DNA of 64,000 nucleotides from positions 2,418,001-2,482,000 of the forward strand of contig OZ361257.1 in NCBI GenBank assembly GCA_977018835.1, written 5' to 3'. The notes beneath the pieces are model-generated. The model was not told where the DNA came from and searched no databases. It saw nothing but the letters and a program-made list of their open reading frames with translations. Positions 1 through 11,414 of this stretch are shown piece by piece. A program made the translations under genes and the position numbers. How positions within the stretch are numbered: the first letter of the stretch is position 1; each line of letters opens with the position of its first letter. The stretch is from Minutocellus sp. GHC0000111. Taxonomy: Eukaryota.

Positions 1-906
1 ATGCTATTGAGTCAGATCAAGCCCCTATTGTTGGCTATTCTTGTGAGCTTCCTTGTTCCAATATTGACCTCGTTCTCCAGGAAAGAAGGCCATATTGGTA
101 CAACAACCCTCGCTGCGTCTGTCTACAAGAAATTGGCGGTCATCCAAATGTTCTTCGTCAACATGCTCGCTGGTACTGTGCTGTCTTCTCTGCAAGAAAT
201 TGCGGAAGATCCCGCAAGCATCATCACACTTTTGGCAGAGGCAATACCGGAACAGGCTGTGAGCTTTGCTCAATATCTCATAGTCCAGACAGCGCTTGAC
301 GTCGGTGGTGAGCTCATGCGGGCTGGAGACATAGCCAAGAGCCTCACACATGGTATTCTGATTCGCGTGAGGCCGTGGATTGATCTTGAAAGGAGATCAT
401 TGCCTCCCGAAATGAATTTTCCCGAAGTGGAAGGCAAACTCATGCTCTACTTTATGATCCTGTTCGCTTATAGCGTCATGGCGCCGGTAGTCAGTGTGAT
501 CGCTGGAATATGTTTGTTTCTCGTCTTGCTGTGCTACCGCCACCAATTCATCTACGTCTACAGCAAAAGAAATGACACGGGTGGCCTGCTATTTGCCAAG
601 TTTGTCCCCTTGGCCATTGGATGCATTCTGGTCTCTGAAATTACACTTCTTGGGGTTCTCATGTTGAAGCAGAGCATAGCTGCCGTGGTTTTATTGATTC
701 CTCTAATTGTGGGAACAGTTATGTTTCAGGCGTACGTTGGGCAGCAGCACTACCGCGTAGCCATGCAGTTGCCAATGGTGGCTGCAATCGAGAAAGATGA
801 AATGATCAAGGAAGAGATGGAAGCGGTTTTGTTTTCAAGGGATGAATACATGCAACCATCAAGGAGGGAGCGCAATAAGGAACCAAGGAATATGAATCTA
901 TTCTAA
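1..906 (+). CDS. OSCA/CSC1/TMEM63-family channel, C-terminal 7TM part (probably 5'-partial)
   Basis: Multi-TM ORF with YRHQFIYVY...DTGG and LAEAIPEQAVSFAQY motifs typical of the RSN1_7TM domain. Confidence 0.85.
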   Translation: MLLSQIKPLLLAILVSFLVPILTSFSRKEGHIGTTTLAASVYKKLAVIQMFFVNMLAGTVLSSLQEIAEDPASIITLLAEAIPEQAVSFAQYLIVQTALDVGGELMRAGDIAKSLTHGILIRVRPWIDLERRSLPPEMNFPEVEGKLMLYFMILFAYSVMAPVVSVIAGICLFLVLLCYRHQFIYVYSKRNDTGGLLFAKFVPLAIGCILVSEITLLGVLMLKQSIAAVVLLIPLIVGTVMFQAYVGQQHYRVAMQLPMVAAIEKDEMIKEEMEAVLFSRDEYMQPSRRERNKEPRNMNLF

Positions 907-2238
907 TGGAATTTGTTGAAGATAGCGAGAGAATAAATGCCCTAATATATGGATGTACAATACAAAATTTTCTTCTCCGCCTACGCCGCGCCTCGTCGCA
1001 TCTTCAATAGTTAGGTAGATTTAGCGTCACATAAAGGTGCAGCAGTAGCAGTCGATATCTCGGTCTTCGTCAACAGATATGTAAATGGTAGGATTGGCGG
1101 GACTGTGAAGATGTCGGCTGCACCTGCTGCACGGCTTGCGGCGCGCAGACCCATGACGAGTAACGATTTTGACGATGACGTGTATTTGTATATCTGAAAA
1201 AGCAAACGAAAGACGATTACGATGAAATAATTTCTGCAAACAAAAGACAAGGGAAGAGCGCTGGATCGGATATGCGTTGCTACAGATCATGATATACTGG
1301 CCTTTTCTCTGGTGGTGGTGGTGGTGGTGTCGTCCCGCTAAGTATAGCTTAAATCTATCTATCATAATGAAAAGTTAGAACCAAATCCAATTGGATAGGT
1401 AGCTGCCTTTTCTCGGTTTTGGTCTTTCTCGTCAGTATTTCATGTTGCTGTAGCATGAGCATATTTGCCTAGTCCTCACACACCACAAAACGAAAGGCTA
1501 CCAAAAATTTCTGATTGAATTGAAGGCGCATCTTTGCCACAAAGGGAGGGAGAAAGAATTTATGCAATAGGCTACGGTGCATAATGATTCATCAATGGTT
1601 GTATGCGAGGCATAGATTTTGGAAGATAGGCATACATGTAGTATCAGCCGCCGGTGTTCATAGGGCGGTGGGGTACTATTTCCATTTTCTATCGCTGGCT
1701 TTTATTCATTGCATACCCCACGGGAACTAACTAACTAACTTCAAGGCAAGATGTGGAGGCAATTTGTTGGTAACATGGTAGTTTGGTTATAAAATTATAA
1801 TTATTGACACTACGACGTAGTACTAGTACTACCATGAGGCCGGGCTGCGCGCTTGTTCGGGCATACATGGATGGTCAAACGAACGATCTCTTGAAATAAA
1901 TAGTGTGAAGATGGATGATTAGAGAGAAAGCTAGGTGAAGATAGGAGGGACAGTGCGTCAGCGCTCTTCACAGTGTCTCACAATACTCACTTCCTTCTCG
2001 AGCCCTCGACTCCTAATCCTGGCTTTGCGGTCTCCTTGCTTATGGCCCTGCATGGATGTGGTGTGGGTACAGTCTGCTTTCTGGTTACAATGTTGATGTC
2101 AAGGGCCAGGAATTATTTTTTCATTCGACCCGCCTCGGCCACGGCTCTGGTACAATTAGATCGACCGACCGAGAACAAAACACTTAACATTTCATAGATA
2201 CTTAGCTACATGTAAGTAGCTACCTAGGTACTCTAGCT

Positions 2239-5200
2239 TTACAATCCTCCATTAGCGTCGTCTTTCCACCTCACAAGTCTCACAGGCGGTAGCTCCACCT
2301 CCTCGCCCGTTTCGGGATCTTCCACAATGACGGATAAGTCAAAGAAGGATCGGCGTTCGAGTTGCTCTATCTCGACTTGCTGCTCCTTCGTCAGGTCGAC
2401 CTCTGGTGCCCCACCGCCCTCTTCGTCGTCCTCGTCATCGGACATGAAACCGTCATCGATGTCATCGCCAGATATGATGGCGTCTTGTACAAGCTTTGCC
2501 ATGGGCTGACGTAGGACATCCTCGTCGCCTTCGCGCAAAAAGTTTGCGTACAGCATGTAAGGGCCGTAAGATATGGTTGCAATCTCGGCAGCTGGTGTGC
2601 CGTCACCACCGCTGTCCGAGGCAAGCTGCTTGCGCAGATCCTTCAAGAATCGGCTAAGCTTGATTCCGCCCCGGTTGGCCGACTTTTGGCTTTCCTTGAC
2701 AATCATTCTATCCCATATCGTATGCGTCTCGCCGCGATATCCCTCCACCTCCTCGGCGGGCATGGGACACGTAAAGGCAAAGAACGGAAGGGCCAGATTG
2801 ACGAATGCGTTGCGGTGAAGAGTGAGCGGCGCCTTTTGTAACAACTTGAGAAGCTCAATGCAGGAGAGGGCCGAAACAAAGGCCGTTGTTGTTATCATTG
2901 CAGGGACAATGCGCCCTGCGACACGACGAGTCTCCATAGCATCAACCGGTTTGATGCCGTAGCACAGAGCTCGTAGATTGGAGGCGGCGGTGACGAAGGC
3001 GACGTGTCCATTGGCGTCATCGTCCTTCTCGAATTCGGCGGGGTTCAGAGGTTGCACTTGTTGCGTCCAGTCCTTATCACCGTCGAGGAGTTCGACAATG
3101 CGAGAAGTAATACTCTTGCTTTCTTCGTCGTCTGATGATTGCTCTGATGTACGAACCCCTTGTGCTTCGACATCGCATGTTGAAAGAGCATTCGTCGCAT
3201 CTTCGATAGATATCGAACCACCAGCGTTATGAGCGTCGCTGGGCAAGTACATTTCGGCCCGTAACCTCGCAGCAGTTTGAACAAAGTCAACGAGATGCTC
3301 ATTGATGGTCTTTTGTTCAGGAGAATTGCTGGAAGTGTCACTATGAAAGCTGAGGGCCTTGGGCGCTCGTCTCGTACCGGTCCAGAATGCTTCACCGTCC
3401 TCGTCGACGCTGTCGAGGGGATGTTGACGAAGCAAATCTTCCACAGACTTGTTGAAGAGCTTATGTGCAAGCCGAATGGCCCACTCGATTGATTCATTCT
3501 TCACAAGGTTGATGAATTCTGCAGAGTCGCGGTCGTTCGTTGTACTAGCGAGATAGTCTTGGCCAATCTCTTCCGCTGCCTCGAGGGCGGCATCGTCACC
3601 CAGGATGTGAACAAGCCGTCTGGCAAAGTCCGAAATGGAACCAGATGCCAAATCATCGACATTGTCATTTACTTGGCAAGGTCGTTTATTGAAGAGGCCG
3701 TCAAAAAGATCTCGCCCCCACTGGATGGTGTGGCTAATCTCGTAGGGAAAGTTCTTGAGGGTGCATACTGGAATTGCTGGCTCCGGAGGGTCGACAGACG
3801 AGCCGTAGGATTCGCTCTGGCAGGGTACCACAACTTGTACATTGCCCTTGGCGCCAAGAGTCCCGGCGTCAACCAAGCCCTTGCGATGGGCAACACACTG
3901 CGAGTCCATGTAAAGACGTGCATCCACATTATCCAGCGCATTCAAGATGGTGTCTATGCCGTCAGACCAAAATGCATCGTCGAATGCTCCGCCCTCGACA
4001 TCGTCACCAACCTTGCTCGTGTGAGCTTCGATGCGAACTCTCGGGTTGAACCTTTGGATAGCCTCCTGTGCTGCAGCACTTTTGAATTTTCCCACGTCGA
4101 CATCGCGGAATAGGAGCTGCCGACTGAGGTTGGACTTTTCGATAGTGTCCATGTCGGTAAGGACAATCTTTCCTCCCTTGGAAGATCGAGTTCCAGCCGC
4201 CATCGCCGACAAATTCTTGAGAATCTCACACCCAATGGCCCCCGACCCAACGACGAAGAGCTTTTGTGATGCCAGTTTCTTTGTCAACATTTTTCCAAGC
4301 GCATATGCTTGTCCAGCAGCGCCCTCGCAGCCTTTGGCATCCTCTTCGCCATATCCTTTGACCTTCTGCAAAAGTTCGTCGCAATCATACAAAAGAAATT
4401 GCTTGATGGGGTTGTAAAGGCCACTGGCTGCCTTCAATGCCTCTTGTGCACCAAGAGCTCCGCAGAGGGCCTGGACAGGCGCAATCTTGGCCTTGGAACA
4501 TCGGCCAAATCCCTTGACAATAGTCGAAAAGGCCTTCTCAGAGCCATGGTCTCCCCTTGCCGCCTGCGCAGCCATTTTCTTGAAGATGGAAATATCATCC
4601 GACACCAACGCGGCCGGTAGCCTGCCATATTCGTGAGCATAACTATCCAATGCCGAGAAGCACGCCATCACGGCCGATCGGCGGGTCATGTCAAAGCTTT
4701 TCTCAAGATCGGATGCCGCGAACAGGTCCTTATCGGCGTCCGTCTGACCCTCCAAGGCCTTCCAGAGCGATATGAATTCCACCTCCTGCGGCAGCTTGAC
4801 CCTCGAGAAGGACAGCGCATCGTGATTCACAAGATGAATGTAATCCTCGGCATTGGTCTCCTCATCAACACCATCGGCAGGAACTCTTCGAACAGTGAAT
4901 TGAGTTGGATTCTTCACCCGCAGAACCTCGCATCGACCCAAATCGTTCTCTTGCTCGTCACCAGCACCTTCATCGTCCGAATTGAATTCAGCACCCTTCT
5001 GAAAGACAATCTGATCGCCCCGAGATACCTCATGTCTCTCATCTTCCAGGCAATGGACGACGAAGATATCTTCGTCGTCATCTTTGGCACCCTTGCGATC
5101 GTCATCACTGGTGGCCAATTCCATTCGATCCAACAATGTTTCCTTTGGAGTTTCTCCATCCTCATCGACCACAGTAAATGATGGTCCAAAGTCACAAAAG

Positions 5201-6033
5201 GTCCTGGCGAACACACCTGCCGTTTCGACAGATACAAAGGGTATGATTCTTCCCTCGCCCGAAACACTGCTATATCTTCGACAGGCATCATTCAGCACCA
5301 GTTGGGTCGATTGAGGACGATCAATCGACAGAAAGACGGGATTGGACGATCCCAGCATATCCTCCGGATTGCCGGTATCTCCACCTCCCTCACCGAAGCA
5401 GAGAGACATGAACTCCGACCTCTTATGCACCGAAACCCTCAGACTTGGATTCAACCGTCGAAGATATTCGGCCACCAACTCCTCCTCTCCCTCGGCCTCG
5501 ACGTCAATGTCCATCCCCGTCTCGGCCATGGCGGCGTTGCGATATGCCCATCCCAAATCGTCCAGCTTGGCGTAGTGGTACGCCGTGTGCACCGACCGAC
5601 TTTCGGGGTTGTCATCGACCAGCAGCACCACGGACCCAACGCCCGACAGGGCCAGATTCTTCCCACACTCGTACAGCAGACCGGACGTCGGCGGTCCATC
5701 GAGGATGACGGTCGTCTGTCGAACCAACGCATGTGCACGCGCCCCAAGGGTGTACACCTGGCGGGAGTAGCGCTCTTCGTCGGCAGATTGTGTGGCGTCG
5801 GTGGCAACATCATCTATGGTGTTGCTATTGGAAGATGCCCCGCCACGGATTTGATTGAGGCCAAAGGGCAGCCGCCTTCGCAGTCCGATATCCCTTACAA
5901 GTGGAAGTTGCATTCTGGAGCTACCGCCAACGCCGATGACGCCAGGCGATGCCGAAGCAGCGGCTGCGATATGGAGAAAGATGGTCAGCGCGAGCACGAA
6001 AGCGCATGATGAGCCAAACATGGATGGTATCAA
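2239..6033 (-). CDS. UBA1: Ubiquitin-activating enzyme E1 with N-terminal signal peptide; probable periplastid (SELMA) isoform
   Basis: RYSRQVY, VVGSGAIGCE, DMDTIEKSNLSRQLLF, catalytic PVCTLKNFP, FEKDDD, AGRIVPAMITTT; hydrophobic leader ending AASA-S followed by an Arg-rich segment. Confidence 0.92.
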   Translation of the reverse strand: MIPSMFGSSCAFVLALTIFLHIAAAASASPGVIGVGGSSRMQLPLVRDIGLRRRLPFGLNQIRGGASSNSNTIDDVATDATQSADEERYSRQVYTLGARAHALVRQTTVILDGPPTSGLLYECGKNLALSGVGSVVLLVDDNPESRSVHTAYHYAKLDDLGWAYRNAAMAETGMDIDVEAEGEEELVAEYLRRLNPSLRVSVHKRSEFMSLCFGEGGGDTGNPEDMLGSSNPVFLSIDRPQSTQLVLNDACRRYSSVSGEGRIIPFVSVETAGVFARTFCDFGPSFTVVDEDGETPKETLLDRMELATSDDDRKGAKDDDEDIFVVHCLEDERHEVSRGDQIVFQKGAEFNSDDEGAGDEQENDLGRCEVLRVKNPTQFTVRRVPADGVDEETNAEDYIHLVNHDALSFSRVKLPQEVEFISLWKALEGQTDADKDLFAASDLEKSFDMTRRSAVMACFSALDSYAHEYGRLPAALVSDDISIFKKMAAQAARGDHGSEKAFSTIVKGFGRCSKAKIAPVQALCGALGAQEALKAASGLYNPIKQFLLYDCDELLQKVKGYGEEDAKGCEGAAGQAYALGKMLTKKLASQKLFVVGSGAIGCEILKNLSAMAAGTRSSKGGKIVLTDMDTIEKSNLSRQLLFRDVDVGKFKSAAAQEAIQRFNPRVRIEAHTSKVGDDVEGGAFDDAFWSDGIDTILNALDNVDARLYMDSQCVAHRKGLVDAGTLGAKGNVQVVVPCQSESYGSSVDPPEPAIPVCTLKNFPYEISHTIQWGRDLFDGLFNKRPCQVNDNVDDLASGSISDFARRLVHILGDDAALEAAEEIGQDYLASTTNDRDSAEFINLVKNESIEWAIRLAHKLFNKSVEDLLRQHPLDSVDEDGEAFWTGTRRAPKALSFHSDTSSNSPEQKTINEHLVDFVQTAARLRAEMYLPSDAHNAGGSISIEDATNALSTCDVEAQGVRTSEQSSDDEESKSITSRIVELLDGDKDWTQQVQPLNPAEFEKDDDANGHVAFVTAASNLRALCYGIKPVDAMETRRVAGRIVPAMITTTAFVSALSCIELLKLLQKAPLTLHRNAFVNLALPFFAFTCPMPAEEVEGYRGETHTIWDRMIVKESQKSANRGGIKLSRFLKDLRKQLASDSGGDGTPAAEIATISYGPYMLYANFLREGDEDVLRQPMAKLVQDAIISGDDIDDGFMSDDEDDEEGGGAPEVDLTKEQQVEIEQLERRSFFDLSVIVEDPETGEEVELPPVRLVRWKDDANGGL

Positions 6034-6413
6034 ACGGCCAATTTTGGTGCCAATTCTTGTTCCTGGCGACGCTATTGCGACGCACGCGCCAATGTTATGG
6101 ATCGAGAGTCAAAAGTGATGCCCCTTGTTGAAGGAGAGATTTTCGTGCGATTTGCCGCCAAGCGGACGGCGGACAGGACACACGAAAACGGCAAACTTCA
6201 GCATCATCATGGACCTTCCACCTTGCAAGGTCAATGCGCATAGAAATGTTGTTGCCGGTATGCGACTCTAGACTCTCTACCTATATCGATACATGTGCTA
6301 CATTATTGAATTATATTACTGCAGCTGAAGCCAGTATCGGTACCGGTACACGCACTACGGTAGATCAAACTGCTGCCTGCCTCCTCTCCTCCCGCTGCCT
6401 GCTTTGACGAGAA

Positions 6414-7517
6414 TCAATTGTTGACGACACCGATGTCTAAAGCCACTTTTCGCTCGATCTTGATGAATGATGCATTGCCCACTGCATCCTTGACCGTCAG
6501 CGGCATACAGATCGATTCAAGACGTCTCTTTGCCGCTGCATCCCCTCGTAAAAGTGATTTGACAATTTCATCGTAATCGCACCTGGCAATGTCATTCATC
6601 GACTTGCCACAAAATGCCTCTTGGAAAAGATCGTTGCTACATTTCATCTCCACCGTCGCCTTGTATAGCAGGTTATCCTCCCGACCCTGCTTCTCGTCAA
6701 GTAGGGAGATGGCGAATGCTTCGTCTTTGAAGGTCTTCGCCGATCGACAAAGTGTCGCCAGAATATGGTTAGTTGCTGGCAGAAAGATCGCTGGCTTACG
6801 ACCATCCTTACCCGTGCCCTGCACAAGCCGCTCTTTGATGGCAACAAGTGTGGAATCGAAGAATCCATCCTGGATGTATTCCGCCTGGTATGTCCCACCT
6901 GGCAAATGCATGTAATCGAGAAATACCAATTGGAAGTCAACATTCATCTGGCGGATCTTTCCCGCCAGGCCCCGACTTGCTTTGACGTTCCAATCGCCCC
7001 CGATATGGCGATCCATCCTCAGTTGACTGTCATTCTCACGGTTCGCAGTGTACACATTGACGCCGTAGTCCTGCTCCATGGAAAGCGCCCGGGCCAAATC
7101 CCGCCCACGGACCTCCTGCATGATCGGTCTTTTGTTCTGTGCCAAATCCCACGCAATTGCAGCCGGCGTCAGCGCTCGCCTCAACACATTGGCCTGCTCA
7201 AAATCCATGCCTTGTCCCATGGCACGATTTGTAATGTCGGTGAACATACCGCCCAGAAAGAGAACATTTTCCCTGTCGCCATCCCCTACCTGGCGATTTC
7301 TCAAGGGGTGCGATACGTCTTGAGATAACGGCTTTTGTGGTCCAACGTTGAGGTGCTTTTCTTGCCGCTTGATGCGCTCTTCGGCTCGACGTTGCCTTCG
7401 TCTTTCGTTTCTCCTTTCCTTCTGTTGCTGCCGTTTTCCCAACTCCTCGAGTTTCTTTCTCTTACGGCTCTCGGCCACCCGCTCCTTGACCGACTTGCCC
7501 ATCCTCTCTTCTCGCAA
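6414..7517 (-). CDS. Hypothetical protein: basic coiled N-terminus plus globular alpha/beta domain
   Basis: Uninterrupted 367-codon ORF between two TA-palindrome islands; NLS-like RKRKK; no family confidently recognised. Confidence 0.6.
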   Translation of the reverse strand: MREERMGKSVKERVAESRKRKKLEELGKRQQQKERRNERRRQRRAEERIKRQEKHLNVGPQKPLSQDVSHPLRNRQVGDGDRENVLFLGGMFTDITNRAMGQGMDFEQANVLRRALTPAAIAWDLAQNKRPIMQEVRGRDLARALSMEQDYGVNVYTANRENDSQLRMDRHIGGDWNVKASRGLAGKIRQMNVDFQLVFLDYMHLPGGTYQAEYIQDGFFDSTLVAIKERLVQGTGKDGRKPAIFLPATNHILATLCRSAKTFKDEAFAISLLDEKQGREDNLLYKATVEMKCSNDLFQEAFCGKSMNDIARCDYDEIVKSLLRGDAAAKRRLESICMPLTVKDAVGNASFIKIERKVALDIGVVNN

Positions 7518-7889
7518 TGCGCTACTTTGGTCTTTGGGTTCATTTTAGTAGCGTTGACGAAAATAACCCAAACCCGGACTTTTCGGCACGTGTAACAACA
7601 CAATTTTACATGACGATTCTCACGTTTTTTTAACCCCTTGGGGACCATTGTATTAAAAAATATAGGGTAATGAAAACTTAAATGTTCGTTAAACATTTTC
7701 AGGGAAAAGTTTATTAATAATTGAGTACTTTTAACGCACGTAGCTACAAACACCCCTTCATTCATCGACATGGTGGTACCGGTACCGGTTGATCTACCGG
7801 TACTAGCTACGTAGTAGGAATTCCTAGCTAGAAATCATTTATTATTTTTATATGCTGCTGCTTGCTCCAAAAGGACTATATGTAGAGTC

Positions 7890-8000
7890 TACCGTGAAGA
7901 TCTACTGACGCATTTGCTCCTTCGCATGCCTCAAAATCAACTCATTTACCGTGAAGATCTACTGACGCATTTGCTCCTCCGCATACCTCAAAATCAACTC
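7890..8000. repeat. 54-bp tandem duplication of the carrier gene 3' end (period 57)
   Basis: taccgtgaagatctactgacgcatttgctcc...caaaatcaactc at 7890-7943 and 7947-8000, 2 mismatches. Confidence 0.95.
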
Positions 8001-9423
8001 GTAACTCATGAACGTTATGCAGCAATTGGGCACTACTCGGAGCAAGCTCACGTGAATACCTGTATAAAGCCCCCCCACGCCCTCTGTTTTGACAATCCGT
8101 CCTATCGTCCGCAAGGCTCCCATACCGGCATCTGGTCCCCTTGCATCCATCATTCGACTTCGAATGACTTCATGTGGATATGTTAGCAACGATGCGCACA
8201 TTTTGCTCACTCCACTAGCCAGAAGCAAATCTGCTGGGCTTTCCTCACCGCTTTTCGAATTTCGTCGTGCTTCACTTTTCAGGTACTACGTAGTAATCAT
8301 AAATCAAAAAGATGTGATATCATGATGTGCCGAAGCGAAAAACTCAATGTAAGAAGTGTGCATAATTCAACAGCAATGCTGATATGTAAGATGGCCACTC
8401 TTTCAGCTAGCTCACCTCATATACCGGAAATTGTATCGCTACGTGTCCCAAGCCAAGTAGGGATGCTGTCAAGCCCCTCCAAAAGGCAGGGATACCTCCC
8501 TCAGCATAAACAGCCCTGACAGTTTTGAGAACGCCGTGTGGAATTCGTTCTGACGGGGGACGTTCAAAGTAATGCAAGGCCTCCGTTTGTATTCTCGTGC
8601 GGACCAAAAACAAAGGATTGCAGACAATATCTGCCGCAGCACCTGCGGCCATAGCAGCTCCCATGTGAACGAGGGGTGGACAGGGCCCAGATCCTGGCGC
8701 ATCGTGTAATCCACGAAAGTTATCATATCGATGATGAAAGTCCTTCTTGAGGTGCTCGTAGAGCGGAAAATACAGGCCCCAGAACGCTGGGACTGTCGCC
8801 AGCGTCGCACCCAGACCACGGAAGCAACCTCGTATGCCATCCTTTTGTATAATATCAGCAAGGGCCCGATAAACGCTCAGACTGGGCATATTGCTCGCCC
8901 TGGTCGACGAAGGGGCGCCGTGGGAACGAACGTCGCCCATGACCTGCATTCGAGTTCGTATAAGATCCAAAGGAGCACACGCCACGCTTGCAAGTATACC
9001 CGATCCAATGCCCGCTACCAGACTACTGATCATGTGCTGTCGATGCAACGCCATGCCTTCGGTGGCCGCTGCTTCCGCCCCACCTCGGGCCACCTGCAGG
9101 GCCTTGGTTTCCAGTACCTCGGTTTCATCCGACGATACAGCAGCGTTGATTTCGGGCACTCCACCACCTGACAGGGTGAGGCGCCGCCGAGGAACGACTG
9201 GTGATTGCGACATACTGCCAATGCCAAATAGAGACAGAGGACTCCGGAAGTGACGCCCTCTCCTACTCGTACGGACAGATGCGTGTAAGCCACTACCTCC
9301 AAGGGTAGTATCGGCAGAGACAAACGTCTCAGTTGATGTTGATGTAACAGCACAGACAATGAAGAGCAAAATATGTGTCGATTTATGGAATTGGAACGAA
9401 ATGTGAGGGGTCGACGGTGACAT
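7959..9423 (-). CDS. Mitochondrial carrier family protein, NAD+/folate-carrier-like; intron 8286-8415; start uncertain
   Basis: Three Px[DE]xx[KR]xR-type signatures (PLDLIRTR, PLFLVRTR, PHEVIRSR); HVAIQFPVYE; GTGAG...TAG intron gives FPVYE/YLKSEAR in frame. Confidence 0.88.
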
Positions 9424-9837
9424 TGAAAAGAGCGTCTACGTTATTTCAGCTGGCACTGCTTTCACGCCTTCACGTCCAGCTGTTGCCATGCGACGATGGG
9501 CATGGCCACCAGCAGCAGTCGTCGTCTTCAAAAATTGAAAATGAGCCCATCGCACTTCAAGGACCGAGGACCGAGCGCAACGAGCGACAGCAAGACGCCC
9601 ACCCGTCCGGCCGTCGCGTCCGGCGTCCCACACCGCCACCTGTCATCGTCGCGTCAGGCCCCGCCCGGCTTAGTTGGAAAAAATTGAGGGTCATCAATTC
9701 ACTATCGATTTACTCACAACAGCGCCCTGGCGAAACTACGTAGCTACGTCGCACGTCTCTATCGCTTTCCCATCTTCTAATCTTTATTCCTGGATAAGAA
9801 ATAATCCAACGAAGTAATAAATTCATCACAAGATGAT

Positions 9838-10959
9838 ATGACAATGAACACGCCTGCTCCATCGAATTCTTCCTCCTCCTCCTCGTCGGACATGAATGAT
9901 GACAATAATCTCCAGCGTTCGTCGACCAGCTTTCGAAGAGAACGGCGAAACTCATTGGTCCGTGCCTCAATGCGAGATGCCTTTGCCGGTGCAGCGGCGG
10001 GTGCATTTGCCAAAACTGCCGTCGCTCCGATCGAGCGGGTGAAGTTGCTGATGCAACTGCGAGTATCATCCACGGGCTCTTCTTCCTCGTGCGCCGCCAC
10101 GTCCAGAGCGGGCGATGTACCCGGCGGTTCTGCTCTGCAGGTTGCTCGTTCAGTCTACGAGACGCAGGGCGCAATCGCCTTTTGGAGAGGCAACACTCCC
10201 AACGTCGTCCGGCAGGCTGGTGCTGCCGCGTTGAATTTTATGCTCATGGATTGGTACAAAAGGGCGATATCGCCCATCATGCATTGGTCGTTGTCATTGC
10301 CATCCAATCGCAACGTCGAGGATCGGGTGAAACGAAGGAAGCTAATATCATCTTTTTTAAGCGGCGGTTTGGCGGGAGGGACGACCACAACATTCCTCTA
10401 TCCCATTGAATTCATGAGAACACGGCTAGCAATGGACGTCGGAGCAACGAAGGAAACCAGGCTGTATCCGCGGGGGATGAGGGATGTGTTCCTGGGGATA
10501 TGGAAGTCGGATGGGATAAAAGGATTTTACCAGGGCTACGGCATTGCCCTCTCTGGTGTCATGGTTTATCGCGCTTTACATTTGGGCGGATACGATGCCG
10601 TCAAGACCGAGATTTTACATCGGAGACGATATATGGATCACGCACCGGGAGAATTGCCACGTACAGCTGGCTCGAGCTTAACTATGTCGGAACGGTTCGC
10701 CGCGGCTCAGATTGTAAGCATCGTCGCTGGAACATTATGTTATCCTATAGACTCTGTAAGAAGAAGGCTAATGATGCAAGCAGGACAACCAATCGACGAA
10801 CGATTGTACCGCAACTCGATTGATTGTTTCCGCAAAGTTTTTGTCAATGAGGGAATGCGAGGGTTCTTCCTTGGAATCGGGCCCAACATCATTCGAAGTT
10901 TTGGAGGGGCTGTTTTATTAGTTGGCTACGATGTCTTCAAGGGAATGATTGGTTTGTGA
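9838..10959 (+). CDS. ADP/ATP carrier-like mitochondrial carrier
   Basis: KTAVAPIERVKLLMQ, FWRGN, YPIDSVRRRLMMQ (variant of the RRRMMM signature). Confidence 0.9.
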   Translation: MTMNTPAPSNSSSSSSSDMNDDNNLQRSSTSFRRERRNSLVRASMRDAFAGAAAGAFAKTAVAPIERVKLLMQLRVSSTGSSSSCAATSRAGDVPGGSALQVARSVYETQGAIAFWRGNTPNVVRQAGAAALNFMLMDWYKRAISPIMHWSLSLPSNRNVEDRVKRRKLISSFLSGGLAGGTTTTFLYPIEFMRTRLAMDVGATKETRLYPRGMRDVFLGIWKSDGIKGFYQGYGIALSGVMVYRALHLGGYDAVKTEILHRRRYMDHAPGELPRTAGSSLTMSERFAAAQIVSIVAGTLCYPIDSVRRRLMMQAGQPIDERLYRNSIDCFRKVFVNEGMRGFFLGIGPNIIRSFGGAVLLVGYDVFKGMIGL

Positions 10960-11140
10960 AAGAAGCAGCAGAAGTTTTGATGATGAGGGGTTTGATTGAG
11001 AGATGATTCTCTCAAGAATGTGCCATTGGTCGCTACATGTAGTCTAGCTACCGGTAGATCTAGTGCCGCAAATGGTAAATATTCAATCATAGTGTCAGTA
11101 GATCTATCGTTCCTACCAGCTATGTAGACTAGCTACACGT

Positions 11141-11166
11141 AGCAGCAGCAGCAGCAGCAGCAGCAG
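11141..11166. repeat. (AGC)n microsatellite
   Basis: About 8 perfect agc units. Confidence 0.9.
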
Positions 11167-11414
11167 AGTAGCAGCTTGTCTCTCGCTTGTCGATGTCAAT
11201 GATAATTACTCCTCTAATTTTAGAGTTGAGGCTACCATACAGGGGAAAATTCGTTGGGGAGTGTCAAATGAAAAATTCGTCTGGCCGCCGCCCAGCGGCT
11301 TTCTTGCTTTCCACTCGATTTTGGAAACCCCATGGCATAAAATGCGCCGCCGGTGTTTACTTCCAAGATAGTTCCATTCCGCAACTAAACATTCGCCTAC
11401 ATCACTTATATGTC

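Noticed and set aside
950..2200. Short ORFs incl. His-run ORF 1027-1365
   Set aside because: His run is a (GGT)n microsatellite; no recognisable domains.
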